Positions 19,310 through 27,591 of a stretch of 64,000 bases of DNA are shown here, in pieces; the stretch's first letter is position 1, and every line of letters starts with the position of its first letter. The position numbers and the translations under genes are program-made. Under the pieces are notes generated by a model. The model saw nothing but the letters and a program-made list of their open reading frames with translations, had not been told where the DNA came from and did no database searches. The stretch comes from an uncultured archaeon (GTDB lineage: Archaea > Asgardarchaeota > Thorarchaeia > Thorarchaeales > Thorarchaeaceae). The stretch spans positions 32,001 to 96,000 of the forward strand of contig CAYYQL010000005.1 in assembly GCA_964473825.1 (NCBI GenBank), written 5' to 3'.

Positions 19310-20914
19310 TTGGCAAAGCGTTTTGAAAGGGCACTAGTGATGAAGAGTGCCGTGATACGTGATGAGGAGTGCGTAGAAGGCGAAGAAGAGGCGCTGATTC
19401 TGTTTGCAGAAGCGCTCAGACGGTCTATGTCAAAATACGCAAGAACAGTGAAGCGATGCAAGAGATATGCAGCTGTGGCCTTCGTTGAGGCTGTTGTCGT
19501 AGCAGCTGCGCTACTGCTACTGACACAGGGTGATATTTCCATGCTGATGTATACTGCAATCTTGTCCGCCCTCTCTCTTGCTCTGGGTTTCTATTTGCTC
19601 TGGAAGAGTAGGAGGCTCAGGCCTGAGTACAAGATCAGGAGTATTGAACGGATGGAGTATCCGATTGCGTTGTATCGAGAGGAAGACGGACGTTTCATCG
19701 TCTTCGATGCAGGTGGAGCTGCGGCTCAGAAGGAATATTCTTTTCCTGCAATCAAAGACACGGATCGGCTCGGCAACTCGGTGGTTCAGATTCGGAATCA
19801 GATGAAGCGTTACTGGGACTTGCTCGACATGGGAGGATTCCAGCAGGCAGAGACTCTCAGGGCAATGCCGGACTTTGGTGAGGTCACGGCTTCAGGAAAG
19901 ATAGAACAGATTGTTGAGATTCCAATGGGCGGCCTCGTCGATTCCATGGATGAAACCAACATCGAGCGAACTCGAATGAGGGCACCCGTGATAGAACGTG
20001 ACGATCCAGTTATTGATGAGATAGAGTCACTGGCATGTTTTGCTGCGTTGGAAACCAATCTTCCCACAGAAGAACGTGACATGGGGATTCTAGTCGATCG
20101 AGGACTCTGCATGGAAATATCTCCTGAAGATTTGATGAAACAAGCACGAAGTTTCAGGAAATGGTCTAAGGAGGCCCTAGAGCAAGATATCATGACACTG
20201 GTGAAAGATGTAGTGGTCGAATTAGATGAGGAATTCTCTGAGCTCAGACATATCCTCATGTCCACACCAGCTCTGATTGAAGCCACCCTGCCATATTCAG
20301 TAAGCCTCCATGAGGATTTCATGTATTTCCACTTCTGCCCACAGTGTCGTCTGTCAGACTTGGAAGAGGCAGAGAGAGAGACCGATTTCAGAAGATGGGT
20401 AAACGAGAAGATACTCGGTAACGCCCTTGATGATACAGATCTTGTGCATCCACATACATATGGCGATCCAGATACAGTCGAAAGAATCCGAGAACGTATC
20501 GAGGCAACGATTAGGTCCAATCTTCCCTTAGCAGACCCGGTCTTCCCCGTTATCCTTGCAGACCTCAGAGAGTTGACGATGGACGAGCTTGGGAGCTATC
20601 ACTGCGAAGTATGCGGCCTCCAAGGAGAAGGCATCAAGGTGCCTAGGTCAGTGCATCCACTGGCATCTGCATACCTGCTCAATCTCAGAGAACAGGCTAA
20701 ACACATTCAGAAGAAATCCGACGTCATCATCAGAAACGTGCATGATGTGATTATGAACAAGGAATCGAAACTGGTTTCTCTTGGAGCGTATGAACAGAGC
20801 GTTCAACAGGCCGAACAGAGTAAATTGACAGTCAAAGGAGACCTCGATGCTGCAAACGAGGTCGAGAAGGTAGTGAGGGCATTCGAGAAGTCTGCCGAAA
20901 GAGGGAGGCGATAG
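19310..20914 (+). CDS. Uncharacterised membrane-anchored protein: 2 N-terminal TMs, split CxxC...CxxC Zn site, C-terminal coiled coil
   Basis: TTG start after a GAGGGTGA RBS (track start is 19277); TMs AAVAFVEAVVVAAALLLL and LMYTAILSALSLALGFYLLW; CPQC and CEVC motifs; heptad-rich tail. Confidence 0.8.
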   Translation: MAKRFERALVMKSAVIRDEECVEGEEEALILFAEALRRSMSKYARTVKRCKRYAAVAFVEAVVVAAALLLLTQGDISMLMYTAILSALSLALGFYLLWKSRRLRPEYKIRSIERMEYPIALYREEDGRFIVFDAGGAAAQKEYSFPAIKDTDRLGNSVVQIRNQMKRYWDLLDMGGFQQAETLRAMPDFGEVTASGKIEQIVEIPMGGLVDSMDETNIERTRMRAPVIERDDPVIDEIESLACFAALETNLPTEERDMGILVDRGLCMEISPEDLMKQARSFRKWSKEALEQDIMTLVKDVVVELDEEFSELRHILMSTPALIEATLPYSVSLHEDFMYFHFCPQCRLSDLEEAERETDFRRWVNEKILGNALDDTDLVHPHTYGDPDTVERIRERIEATIRSNLPLADPVFPVILADLRELTMDELGSYHCEVCGLQGEGIKVPRSVHPLASAYLLNLREQAKHIQKKSDVIIRNVHDVIMNKESKLVSLGAYEQSVQQAEQSKLTVKGDLDAANEVEKVVRAFEKSAERGRR

Positions 20915-20915
20915 C

Positions 20916-21938
20916 ATGAGTCAGTATGATGAGATTGCTAGGGTAACGCACTTGATTGATAGGCAGACCTCAATCCTCGCGGAAATCAGGGATGAACTAA
21001 GAAGGCAGACAGATGAGCTAGGAGAGGGATTTGGACACTTGGGGAGGGCCTTGGAGTGGGTTGAACAGGAGATACGCCTTCTCAAGAACGCCACCCTGAG
21101 CATCGAGAAAGCAAAGGCAGAAGCGATTATCGATACAAAGAGGGAACAAATGGAGAGTGCAGTGAGAATCTGGTCAAGAGCAAAAGAACGATTTGCTTCA
21201 CAGTACCGGAAAGTGATTGCCGACTACGTGAAGGGTCTTGAAGACAATGTCCACCGATTCACCCGATTGGTTTCTGACGAGCTGTCCCCCATGTTCAAGA
21301 TCAACGAGGGGGCTAGCGACTTTCAACAGATAATCGAAGAAATGCGTCCCAAAGCCATTGACAACCTCCGAACTGAAACGGCTGTCAACATGTCAGGGAT
21401 GAAGGGATCAGAACTGATGGATAGGTACAAAAGTGCCAGAGAGAGCCTCACTCGGTTCTATAATGAGCGCAAAGCGCTTGTCGACAGAATCGAAGCGGCA
21501 AAGTCTGTGATTGAATTCGACCTGAACCAGCAGATTGCGCCGGGGGAAACGGTTCTCTTCAGAATACCATTCTATGCAGTCACATTTGAGGACGCAAACG
21601 GTAATCTCGTCAGGGAACTCATTGGCCCGAGCAATGCCGTTTCCACGGAAGATGGCGATAATGAACTTATTCCAAAGCTACTGGAACCTCTAGCTCCGAG
21701 TCTCAAAGAAATGGTTGCTGAATCACCAGCCTTCGACATAGACCGAATGATTGGTAGTATACGGCCGACTGGGGGAATTCCTGAGAGTGCTCAATCTGCA
21801 GTTAGCAATGTTGCTCGCTATTTGACATATGCAGGCATGAGTAAGGATCTAGCAGAGGAGATCCAGCAATTCTATGGGCCGGACTGCAGAGATTGGCAAC
21901 CTGAAGCAGAGCACACGCAGGGAGATGATGAAGTGTGA
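20916..21938 (+). CDS. Uncharacterised protein with long N-terminal coiled coil and small C-terminal alpha/beta domain
   Basis: GGAGG RBS; starts 1 nt after the upstream stop; ~190 aa of heptad-like helix, then FRIPFYAVTF...ELIGPS. Confidence 0.8.
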   Translation: MSQYDEIARVTHLIDRQTSILAEIRDELRRQTDELGEGFGHLGRALEWVEQEIRLLKNATLSIEKAKAEAIIDTKREQMESAVRIWSRAKERFASQYRKVIADYVKGLEDNVHRFTRLVSDELSPMFKINEGASDFQQIIEEMRPKAIDNLRTETAVNMSGMKGSELMDRYKSARESLTRFYNERKALVDRIEAAKSVIEFDLNQQIAPGETVLFRIPFYAVTFEDANGNLVRELIGPSNAVSTEDGDNELIPKLLEPLAPSLKEMVAESPAFDIDRMIGSIRPTGGIPESAQSAVSNVARYLTYAGMSKDLAEEIQQFYGPDCRDWQPEAEHTQGDDEV

Positions 21939-23152
21939 GGAATTCGTTCGTGTCAACAGAACCCGGCGCTCATATCGATGATGTAGAGAACAAGATCCTG
22001 CTAGACGGCAAGTACTACGGAATAGGGGCAGTTTCTGGTTACAACGAAGTCCTTGTCGATGATGGAGCCCGACAGGGCAATTCAATACATGCCTGGCGTA
22101 GGATTGTTATCAACTCCGGGGCGGCCGTTCATGGCAGCGTCTACAGTGATGAGGATATCATAATCAGAAGTGGAAAGGGCAAACAATCAGAATGCTCTGC
22201 TGTCCTGATTGGAGATGTTCTTGCAAGGAATAGACTGGAGGTGGAGCCTCCCACCAAGCAAGATGAGTCGGGTCCGGTAGTTATCTTGGGGAATGTCTAC
22301 GCCAAAGAAATCCATGTGGGCGGTGAATTGTTCGTGCAGGGGAATGTCTACGCCACAAATAGCATGACTGTGAAATCGCCCACCTTCATCGCGGGAAGGC
22401 TGAAAATCGGAAGAGCTCAGTTTGAGAATGCTCACGGCAAGAGAATCTCAATAAAGGGAAAGGGCGAGCTGTCGTCTACCACGGCCTTCGGAGTGATATG
22501 TTACGGGGATCTGGAACTCCATCGAGGCATTTCAGTCCTGGAACCAATGGTCATTGCTAGAAACGGCGATGTGTTCATGAAAGATGAAGAAAGAGTTCGC
22601 GTAGTATCTGAGATGTGTCTTAGCTGTCAGGATTGCGAGGCTGACCCATTCATGTGTCGCGAGTATCTACGGGGGCGATGCAGGAAGTTCGAGTATCTCA
22701 TGGCAGAGGATGCGTCGAAATACAAGAACACAACCACACTCTCATGGTACTGGCGAGCTGGCCCGGGAATGCTAGGCCACCATTACAGCATCCATAAGCT
22801 GTACGAGAGAGCTTTGAAGCGATTCGATAGCTCTGCATTCAGACAAGATGGTATCGCATCAATCAGTTTTGAGAATGCATATGAAGACACTATCGCGGCA
22901 CTTGTGGAAATCGATACATCAAGAGATGCCAAGGCAAGGTGGTTCGCCTCGAAAGTTACCGCCGCAGGCAATCTCCCCGGAGAGAGCTACTACAGGCTGC
23001 TACAGAAGATGCTACCCGGCCCGCCAACAGATGAGGAGGTTCAACTGCGGAAAGTGAAACCACAAGAGATTGAGGAAACCAAGGCAATCGAAACATTCCT
23101 TGAGAATCTGGATGACGGAAACCTGCTGCCAGATCCTGAAGAAGAGCAGTAA
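21935..23152 (+). CDS. Bactofilin-like (polymer-forming) beta-helix protein with a Cys cluster
   Basis: GTGA overlap with the upstream stop; repeats VHGSVYS, LIGDVLA, ILGNVYA, VQGNVYA, IAGRLKI; motif CLSCQDC-x6-C-x7-C. Confidence 0.6.
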   Translation: MRNSFVSTEPGAHIDDVENKILLDGKYYGIGAVSGYNEVLVDDGARQGNSIHAWRRIVINSGAAVHGSVYSDEDIIIRSGKGKQSECSAVLIGDVLARNRLEVEPPTKQDESGPVVILGNVYAKEIHVGGELFVQGNVYATNSMTVKSPTFIAGRLKIGRAQFENAHGKRISIKGKGELSSTTAFGVICYGDLELHRGISVLEPMVIARNGDVFMKDEERVRVVSEMCLSCQDCEADPFMCREYLRGRCRKFEYLMAEDASKYKNTTTLSWYWRAGPGMLGHHYSIHKLYERALKRFDSSAFRQDGIASISFENAYEDTIAALVEIDTSRDAKARWFASKVTAAGNLPGESYYRLLQKMLPGPPTDEEVQLRKVKPQEIEETKAIETFLENLDDGNLLPDPEEEQ

Positions 23153-23206
23153 CTCCAAGAGGAATCTGATACATGAACAGATGATGGCCAATGAAGTATT
23201 CAGGAC

Positions 23207-24265
23207 GTGTCTAGCATGAACTGGGACATCCAGGAAGAGATAGCTCTGACCGGACACAAGAGTGCTGTTCATGATGTCTGCTTTCTGAATGGCTCCGAGA
23301 AACTGATATCCGCTTCTGAGATGGGAGTGGTACGCCTGTGGCGCATCACAGACTCGAAGACCCTCTTGTCGCGACGCCTTCACAGCGACACTATCTATGA
23401 CCTGAGCGTGAGCCCGGGCGGTGGTGAAATGGCCACTATCTCAGCAGATAGGACGCTCTCTGTGTGGGACTTGTCCGATGAGTCATCCCACCCCGTATCT
23501 CAAGTACTGGATTCGACCGCATACTGCCTAGAACACTTGAGAGATGATACGCTAGCAATGGGCATGGACAATGGGTGTATTGTACTCCGGGACATTCCAG
23601 GATGCCACGTGAATCAGGTTTCACATGCCCATGAGGACGCAGTCAATGATATGCAATGCAGCCCCAGTGGTGAGTTCTTGGTTTCCGCATCTAGAAATGG
23701 AGAGGTCAGTCTCTGGGCAACCCCGGAACTGCAACTCTACCGGAGATTTCACGGGGCAGAAACTCCGGTGAAATGTGTCGACTTCAGTGCAGATGGCGTC
23801 ACCGTGGCCGCCGGAGATGAAGAGGGCAGAGTTCTATTGTGGGATGCACATATGTCAAGTCCAATCGCATGCCTTGAAACCTGCAATGAGTCAATTGCAG
23901 ACATTAAGTTCCATCCTAGTGGACGTCTGCTGCTCGTTCTTGGTTCATCAGGATTCCTCTATACCAGGGACATAACCAGTACTGATAGTGCTGAAATAGA
24001 TGTATGCGGCGAGGGAGCGAACTGCCTATCTATCAGTTCCGATGGACGTCTGGTCGCAGTGGGGTGCGGCGATTCAAGCATCAGACTTCTGGCACTGTGG
24101 CCTGAGAAGGTCCAAGCAGAGGGTCACCTGAAGAGGCATGTATCCTGGACATGCCGGTACTGCTTTGCCCCCCTTACGGTGAGAGATGTGGAAAGACTGA
24201 AAGCAAATCAACCCGTTTCTTGCTGCTACTGCGGTCGGACTCTCACCTTGGAGCTATACGAGTAG
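23207..24265 (+). CDS. WD40-repeat beta-propeller with C-terminal Zn ribbon
   Basis: About 7 GH/AH...WD-type repeats (GHKSAVHDVCF, DRTLSVWD, AHEDAVNDM, RVLLWD); C-terminal CRYC...CCYC. Confidence 0.92.
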   Translation: MSSMNWDIQEEIALTGHKSAVHDVCFLNGSEKLISASEMGVVRLWRITDSKTLLSRRLHSDTIYDLSVSPGGGEMATISADRTLSVWDLSDESSHPVSQVLDSTAYCLEHLRDDTLAMGMDNGCIVLRDIPGCHVNQVSHAHEDAVNDMQCSPSGEFLVSASRNGEVSLWATPELQLYRRFHGAETPVKCVDFSADGVTVAAGDEEGRVLLWDAHMSSPIACLETCNESIADIKFHPSGRLLLVLGSSGFLYTRDITSTDSAEIDVCGEGANCLSISSDGRLVAVGCGDSSIRLLALWPEKVQAEGHLKRHVSWTCRYCFAPLTVRDVERLKANQPVSCCYCGRTLTLELYE

Positions 24266-24508
24266 ACTTGGCTGCAGACGCCTTGAGAACGCGTCCTCGT
24301 AACCATTTTGGAACAGCCGAGTACCCTTCATTAGACACACAAAGGGAACGATGTCTGCAGTCTTTGATTATATCTCAGGCCGGAAACTATGATCCTTCGC
24401 ACGAGTCCTAACCCGTATCAGGCGGGAATCTCCCATGCGTTAGATTGCTGTCAATCATCACGAAACACTCAGACAGGTGTGCATCTCGTCAGAGGCACGC
24501 GGTCCGTT

Positions 24509-25900
24509 TTACGTTGGCGCGATTGCTTCACCCTTTGCGTAACCCGGAATATTCGAGCCCATGAACCTCAGAATGGTGGGGAAGATGTCGAGTATGCTCC
24601 TGCGTTCAACCTTGGACTCTGTCTGACCCGGAAAATGGGCTAGATAGATACCGTCCCAGTCATGAACCGCATCGTCGGGGCCGATCTCATTCTCATAGTA
24701 GTACATCAATTCGTGGCCCATACTGCTCGACGCGCGCCACGCCAGACTATCGAAGTATACCATGAGGTCTGGATAGTCACCCTGGCAGTCCTCGTAGATG
24801 TCCTCAGGTTTGTCAACCGTCACGTCCCAGTTCTGACCGTCGGGACCAGGTATGTTCAGAATCTTCTCAGCGAGCTGGTCACGGAAATGCTCATACTCCT
24901 CCGGTGGGACTATGCCGTGACGCTCGTATCCCTCCACATTGATGAAGATGCGGGAGTAGTAACCGCCCCACGCCCAGGCCTTCGTATCCCTCCAGTCGAT
25001 CTCCAGATCGTCGAACTCGGTGGGACCAGAGGGGTGCTTCTTGAGGGTGAGAAGGCCCTCTTCTTCGAGCCACTGGTTGACGCAGATAGCTCCCTTCCTC
25101 GCCTTTGCTCCATGGTCGGAAACCAGCATGATGAGACAGTCCTCAGGAGCGAGTTCAATCATCTCACCCAGCTGTCGGTCCATCAGCCGGTAATACTCTC
25201 TGAAGCGTTCCTCGTAGGCGTTGCCCGCCTCGTATAGATGATGGGTCTTGTCGTAGTACTTCCAGAAGCCGTGATGAAGACGGTCAGTACCCACCTCCAT
25301 GAGCCCAAAAAAGTCCCATTCCTTGTTCTTGAGGATGTGCTTGGCAACTTCATGCCGCTTGCTCGTCATTCTGAAGAGATCTTCGAAGAGCCGCTTCTTG
25401 TCCTCGGTCCTGTAGAAGACATCAAGCATGTAATCTCCGACAATCTCTGCAATCTCCCCCGCGAAGGAAGCCGGATAGGTGTATTCTTGTGATGTATCAG
25501 GCGTGATGAACCCGGACACGAGAATGCCGTTCACACTCTGCGGGGGATAGGTGGGTGGAAAGCCAATCACAGCGACCTTGTAGCCTTGATCACCAAGGAG
25601 ATCCCATAGCCTAGGTAGCCGTATTTTCGTAGAGTCGGGAATCCATACTCGCCTGTAATCGCCTGCCTGCCGATGTCTGAAACCGTACATGCCAAGCTGA
25701 CCGGGGTCTGCACCTGTCACCATAGACATCCAAGCAGGTATGGTGATAGGCGGCTTCGTGCTCCTGAGGGGGCCATAGGTGCTCTTCTGCATCAACTCCT
25801 GCAGGTTCGGGAGCTCATCACGTATATTCTCGAACACAAGACCCGGAGGAACACCGTCCCAGCCTATCAACATGACCTTTTTCTTCTGAGATTCGGTCAC
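24509..25900 (-). CDS. Alkaline-phosphatase-superfamily (type I phosphodiesterase/nucleotide pyrophosphatase) protein linked to sat/cysC
   Basis: IGWDG, STKPPITIPAW (Thr nucleophile), TDRLHH, VSDHG, DDAVH. Confidence 0.88.
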   Translation of the reverse strand: MTESQKKKVMLIGWDGVPPGLVFENIRDELPNLQELMQKSTYGPLRSTKPPITIPAWMSMVTGADPGQLGMYGFRHRQAGDYRRVWIPDSTKIRLPRLWDLLGDQGYKVAVIGFPPTYPPQSVNGILVSGFITPDTSQEYTYPASFAGEIAEIVGDYMLDVFYRTEDKKRLFEDLFRMTSKRHEVAKHILKNKEWDFFGLMEVGTDRLHHGFWKYYDKTHHLYEAGNAYEERFREYYRLMDRQLGEMIELAPEDCLIMLVSDHGAKARKGAICVNQWLEEEGLLTLKKHPSGPTEFDDLEIDWRDTKAWAWGGYYSRIFINVEGYERHGIVPPEEYEHFRDQLAEKILNIPGPDGQNWDVTVDKPEDIYEDCQGDYPDLMVYFDSLAWRASSSMGHELMYYYENEIGPDDAVHDWDGIYLAHFPGQTESKVERRSILDIFPTILRFMGSNIPGYAKGEAIAPT

Positions 25901-25906
25901 TGGAAA

Positions 25907-26683
25907 TCACGTCCCCATAGTGAGCAACACCCACAGTAGCGTTAAGAGTCCGACTATAAGGGTCGAAACCGCAACAAGCGAACGAACGTGGTATTGCTCC
26001 AACTTAGCCGTCGTGAACGCAGAGAGTGGAGCCGCAAGTGCCGCACCGATAGTGATGGTGACAAGGAGGAATACATTCGTGATCCCAGTGATAACAAAAT
26101 GCAGGAGGAATCCCACAATACAGATGAGACCCTCCACGAAGCCCGTAATGGCAACTGCCGCCCTTGGAGGTATATCACTGAGAATCTGCCCGCTCACAGT
26201 CATAGGCCCATATCCACCACCAGATATCCCCTTGTTGAAGGCCGCAATGGAACCCACAAGGAGTAATCGTCTCCGAGAGTAGGTCATATGCCTGCCCCAA
26301 TTCGCTAGCATCAGGATGCCCATGGCACTCACCACGAGCGCGATGTAAATCTTGACAAAGAGAGCAGAGAGCGCTATGATGGTGAAGGTCGAGAGAATAA
26401 CTCCTGCCATCCCCGTGATGACGAGGATTCGGAATGAGGACTGCTCGATGCCGCTCTCGAGAAGATTGACATTCTCAAACTTGTGATGAAAGACCGAGCA
26501 CAATAGACCGGCCACAAACTGGCTGAACAGAAGGACAGGAACGAATTCTATCGGCAGGTAACCAATAATCAGAAGAATCGGTGAGAGGATTGTGCCGAAT
26601 CCCATCCCGAGAGTGGCATCAACGTATTCCAAGATAAAAGCCAGAACAATGAGAAACACAGCAGACTCTAACATCTCGATCAT
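25907..26683 (-). CDS. TauE/SafE (TSUP) family transporter
   Basis: DATLGMGFGT, KGISGGGYGP; about 8 TMs. Confidence 0.88.
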   Translation of the reverse strand: MIEMLESAVFLIVLAFILEYVDATLGMGFGTILSPILLIIGYLPIEFVPVLLFSQFVAGLLCSVFHHKFENVNLLESGIEQSSFRILVITGMAGVILSTFTIIALSALFVKIYIALVVSAMGILMLANWGRHMTYSRRRLLLVGSIAAFNKGISGGGYGPMTVSGQILSDIPPRAAVAITGFVEGLICIVGFLLHFVITGITNVFLLVTITIGAALAAPLSAFTTAKLEQYHVRSLVAVSTLIVGLLTLLWVLLTMGT

Positions 26684-26781
26684 ACCACCTCTTCACTGTC
26701 TCAACACCTGAGTAACCACTCTGTTCCTATAGCCGATGTAGCTGAATCTAGGACAACTACATGTGATTGCATTGCATGCTC

Positions 26782-27018
26782 TCAGTCCAGATAGCCCAGT
26801 GCTTTCAGTCGGTCCTTAACCTTCTTCTCATCTTCTTCGGTGAAGGGATTGCTCTCCTCTTTCTCGGCCTGACTGGCTATGATCTCCCTCAAGACGTAGG
26901 TGACATAGCTTGACACCGACGTGAACCCCGTCCCCTTAATCTGATCCTCAATCTTGTTGAAGAGGGGAACCGGTATCGATACCGTTGTGAACTTGCCAGT
27001 TCGTTTCTTCTTACCCAA
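26782..27018 (-). CDS. CopG/ribbon-helix-helix regulator with C-terminal LKALGY motif
   Basis: TTVSIP beta strand, SVSSYVTYVLRE helix; GGAGG RBS; lies within the sat-cysC operon. Confidence 0.85.
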   Translation of the reverse strand: MGKKKRTGKFTTVSIPVPLFNKIEDQIKGTGFTSVSSYVTYVLREIIASQAEKEESNPFTEEDEKKVKDRLKALGYLD

Positions 27019-27035
27019 GTTGTCTTTCCTCCAAC

Positions 27036-27563
27036 TTACTCCTTCAGATAGCCCAGTTCTCGTGCCTTTTCAATGATTCTCATGACGGACTCGGCGGGCT
27101 TATCCTTGTGTGTCTCCACCACAAGGTCGGGCTCCAAGGGTTCCTCGTAGGGGTCATCGATCCCGGTGAACTGCTTGATCTCACCGGCCAGCGCTCGCTT
27201 GTACAGCCCCTTCGGGTCACGTTCGATGCAGACATCCAGCGGGGCCTTCACAAAGACCTCCATCATGTTTGGAATCTGCACCTTTGCGTATGCTCGGGTT
27301 TCACGATAGGGAGAGATAAGCGCAACCACAACGATGACACCGTTTCGCGTCAGCAGCTTGGTGCAAAATATCACGCGCTTGTTGTGTTCATTCCTGTCCT
27401 CTTTCGAAAAGCCCAGGTCACTGCTGAGGCCCTTTCGGATCTCATCGCCGTCCATGGTCTCGATGTATCTGTTTCCCTTGAAGTGGTCCACAAGTCCCTT
27501 TGCTATAGTCGTCTTCCCGGAGCCAGAGAGGCCTGTGAGCCAGACGCAGAATCCTTCATCCAT
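27036..27563 (-). CDS. cysC: Adenylyl-sulfate kinase
   Basis: WLTGLSGSGKTT, DGDEIR, DLGFSKEDR, RDPKGLY, FTGIDDPYE. Start at MDEGF after GGTGA (track start is 27635). Confidence 0.96.
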   Translation of the reverse strand: MDEGFCVWLTGLSGSGKTTIAKGLVDHFKGNRYIETMDGDEIRKGLSSDLGFSKEDRNEHNKRVIFCTKLLTRNGVIVVVALISPYRETRAYAKVQIPNMMEVFVKAPLDVCIERDPKGLYKRALAGEIKQFTGIDDPYEEPLEPDLVVETHKDKPAESVMRIIEKARELGYLKE

Positions 27564-27591
27564 GTTATCACCGTCAATCATTGTTTGGTTG

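Noticed and set aside
18217-25078. Diversity-generating retroelement template/variable repeat pair
   Set aside because: No reverse transcriptase in the window, and the mismatches are not adenine-specific; they look like ordinary, largely synonymous divergence.
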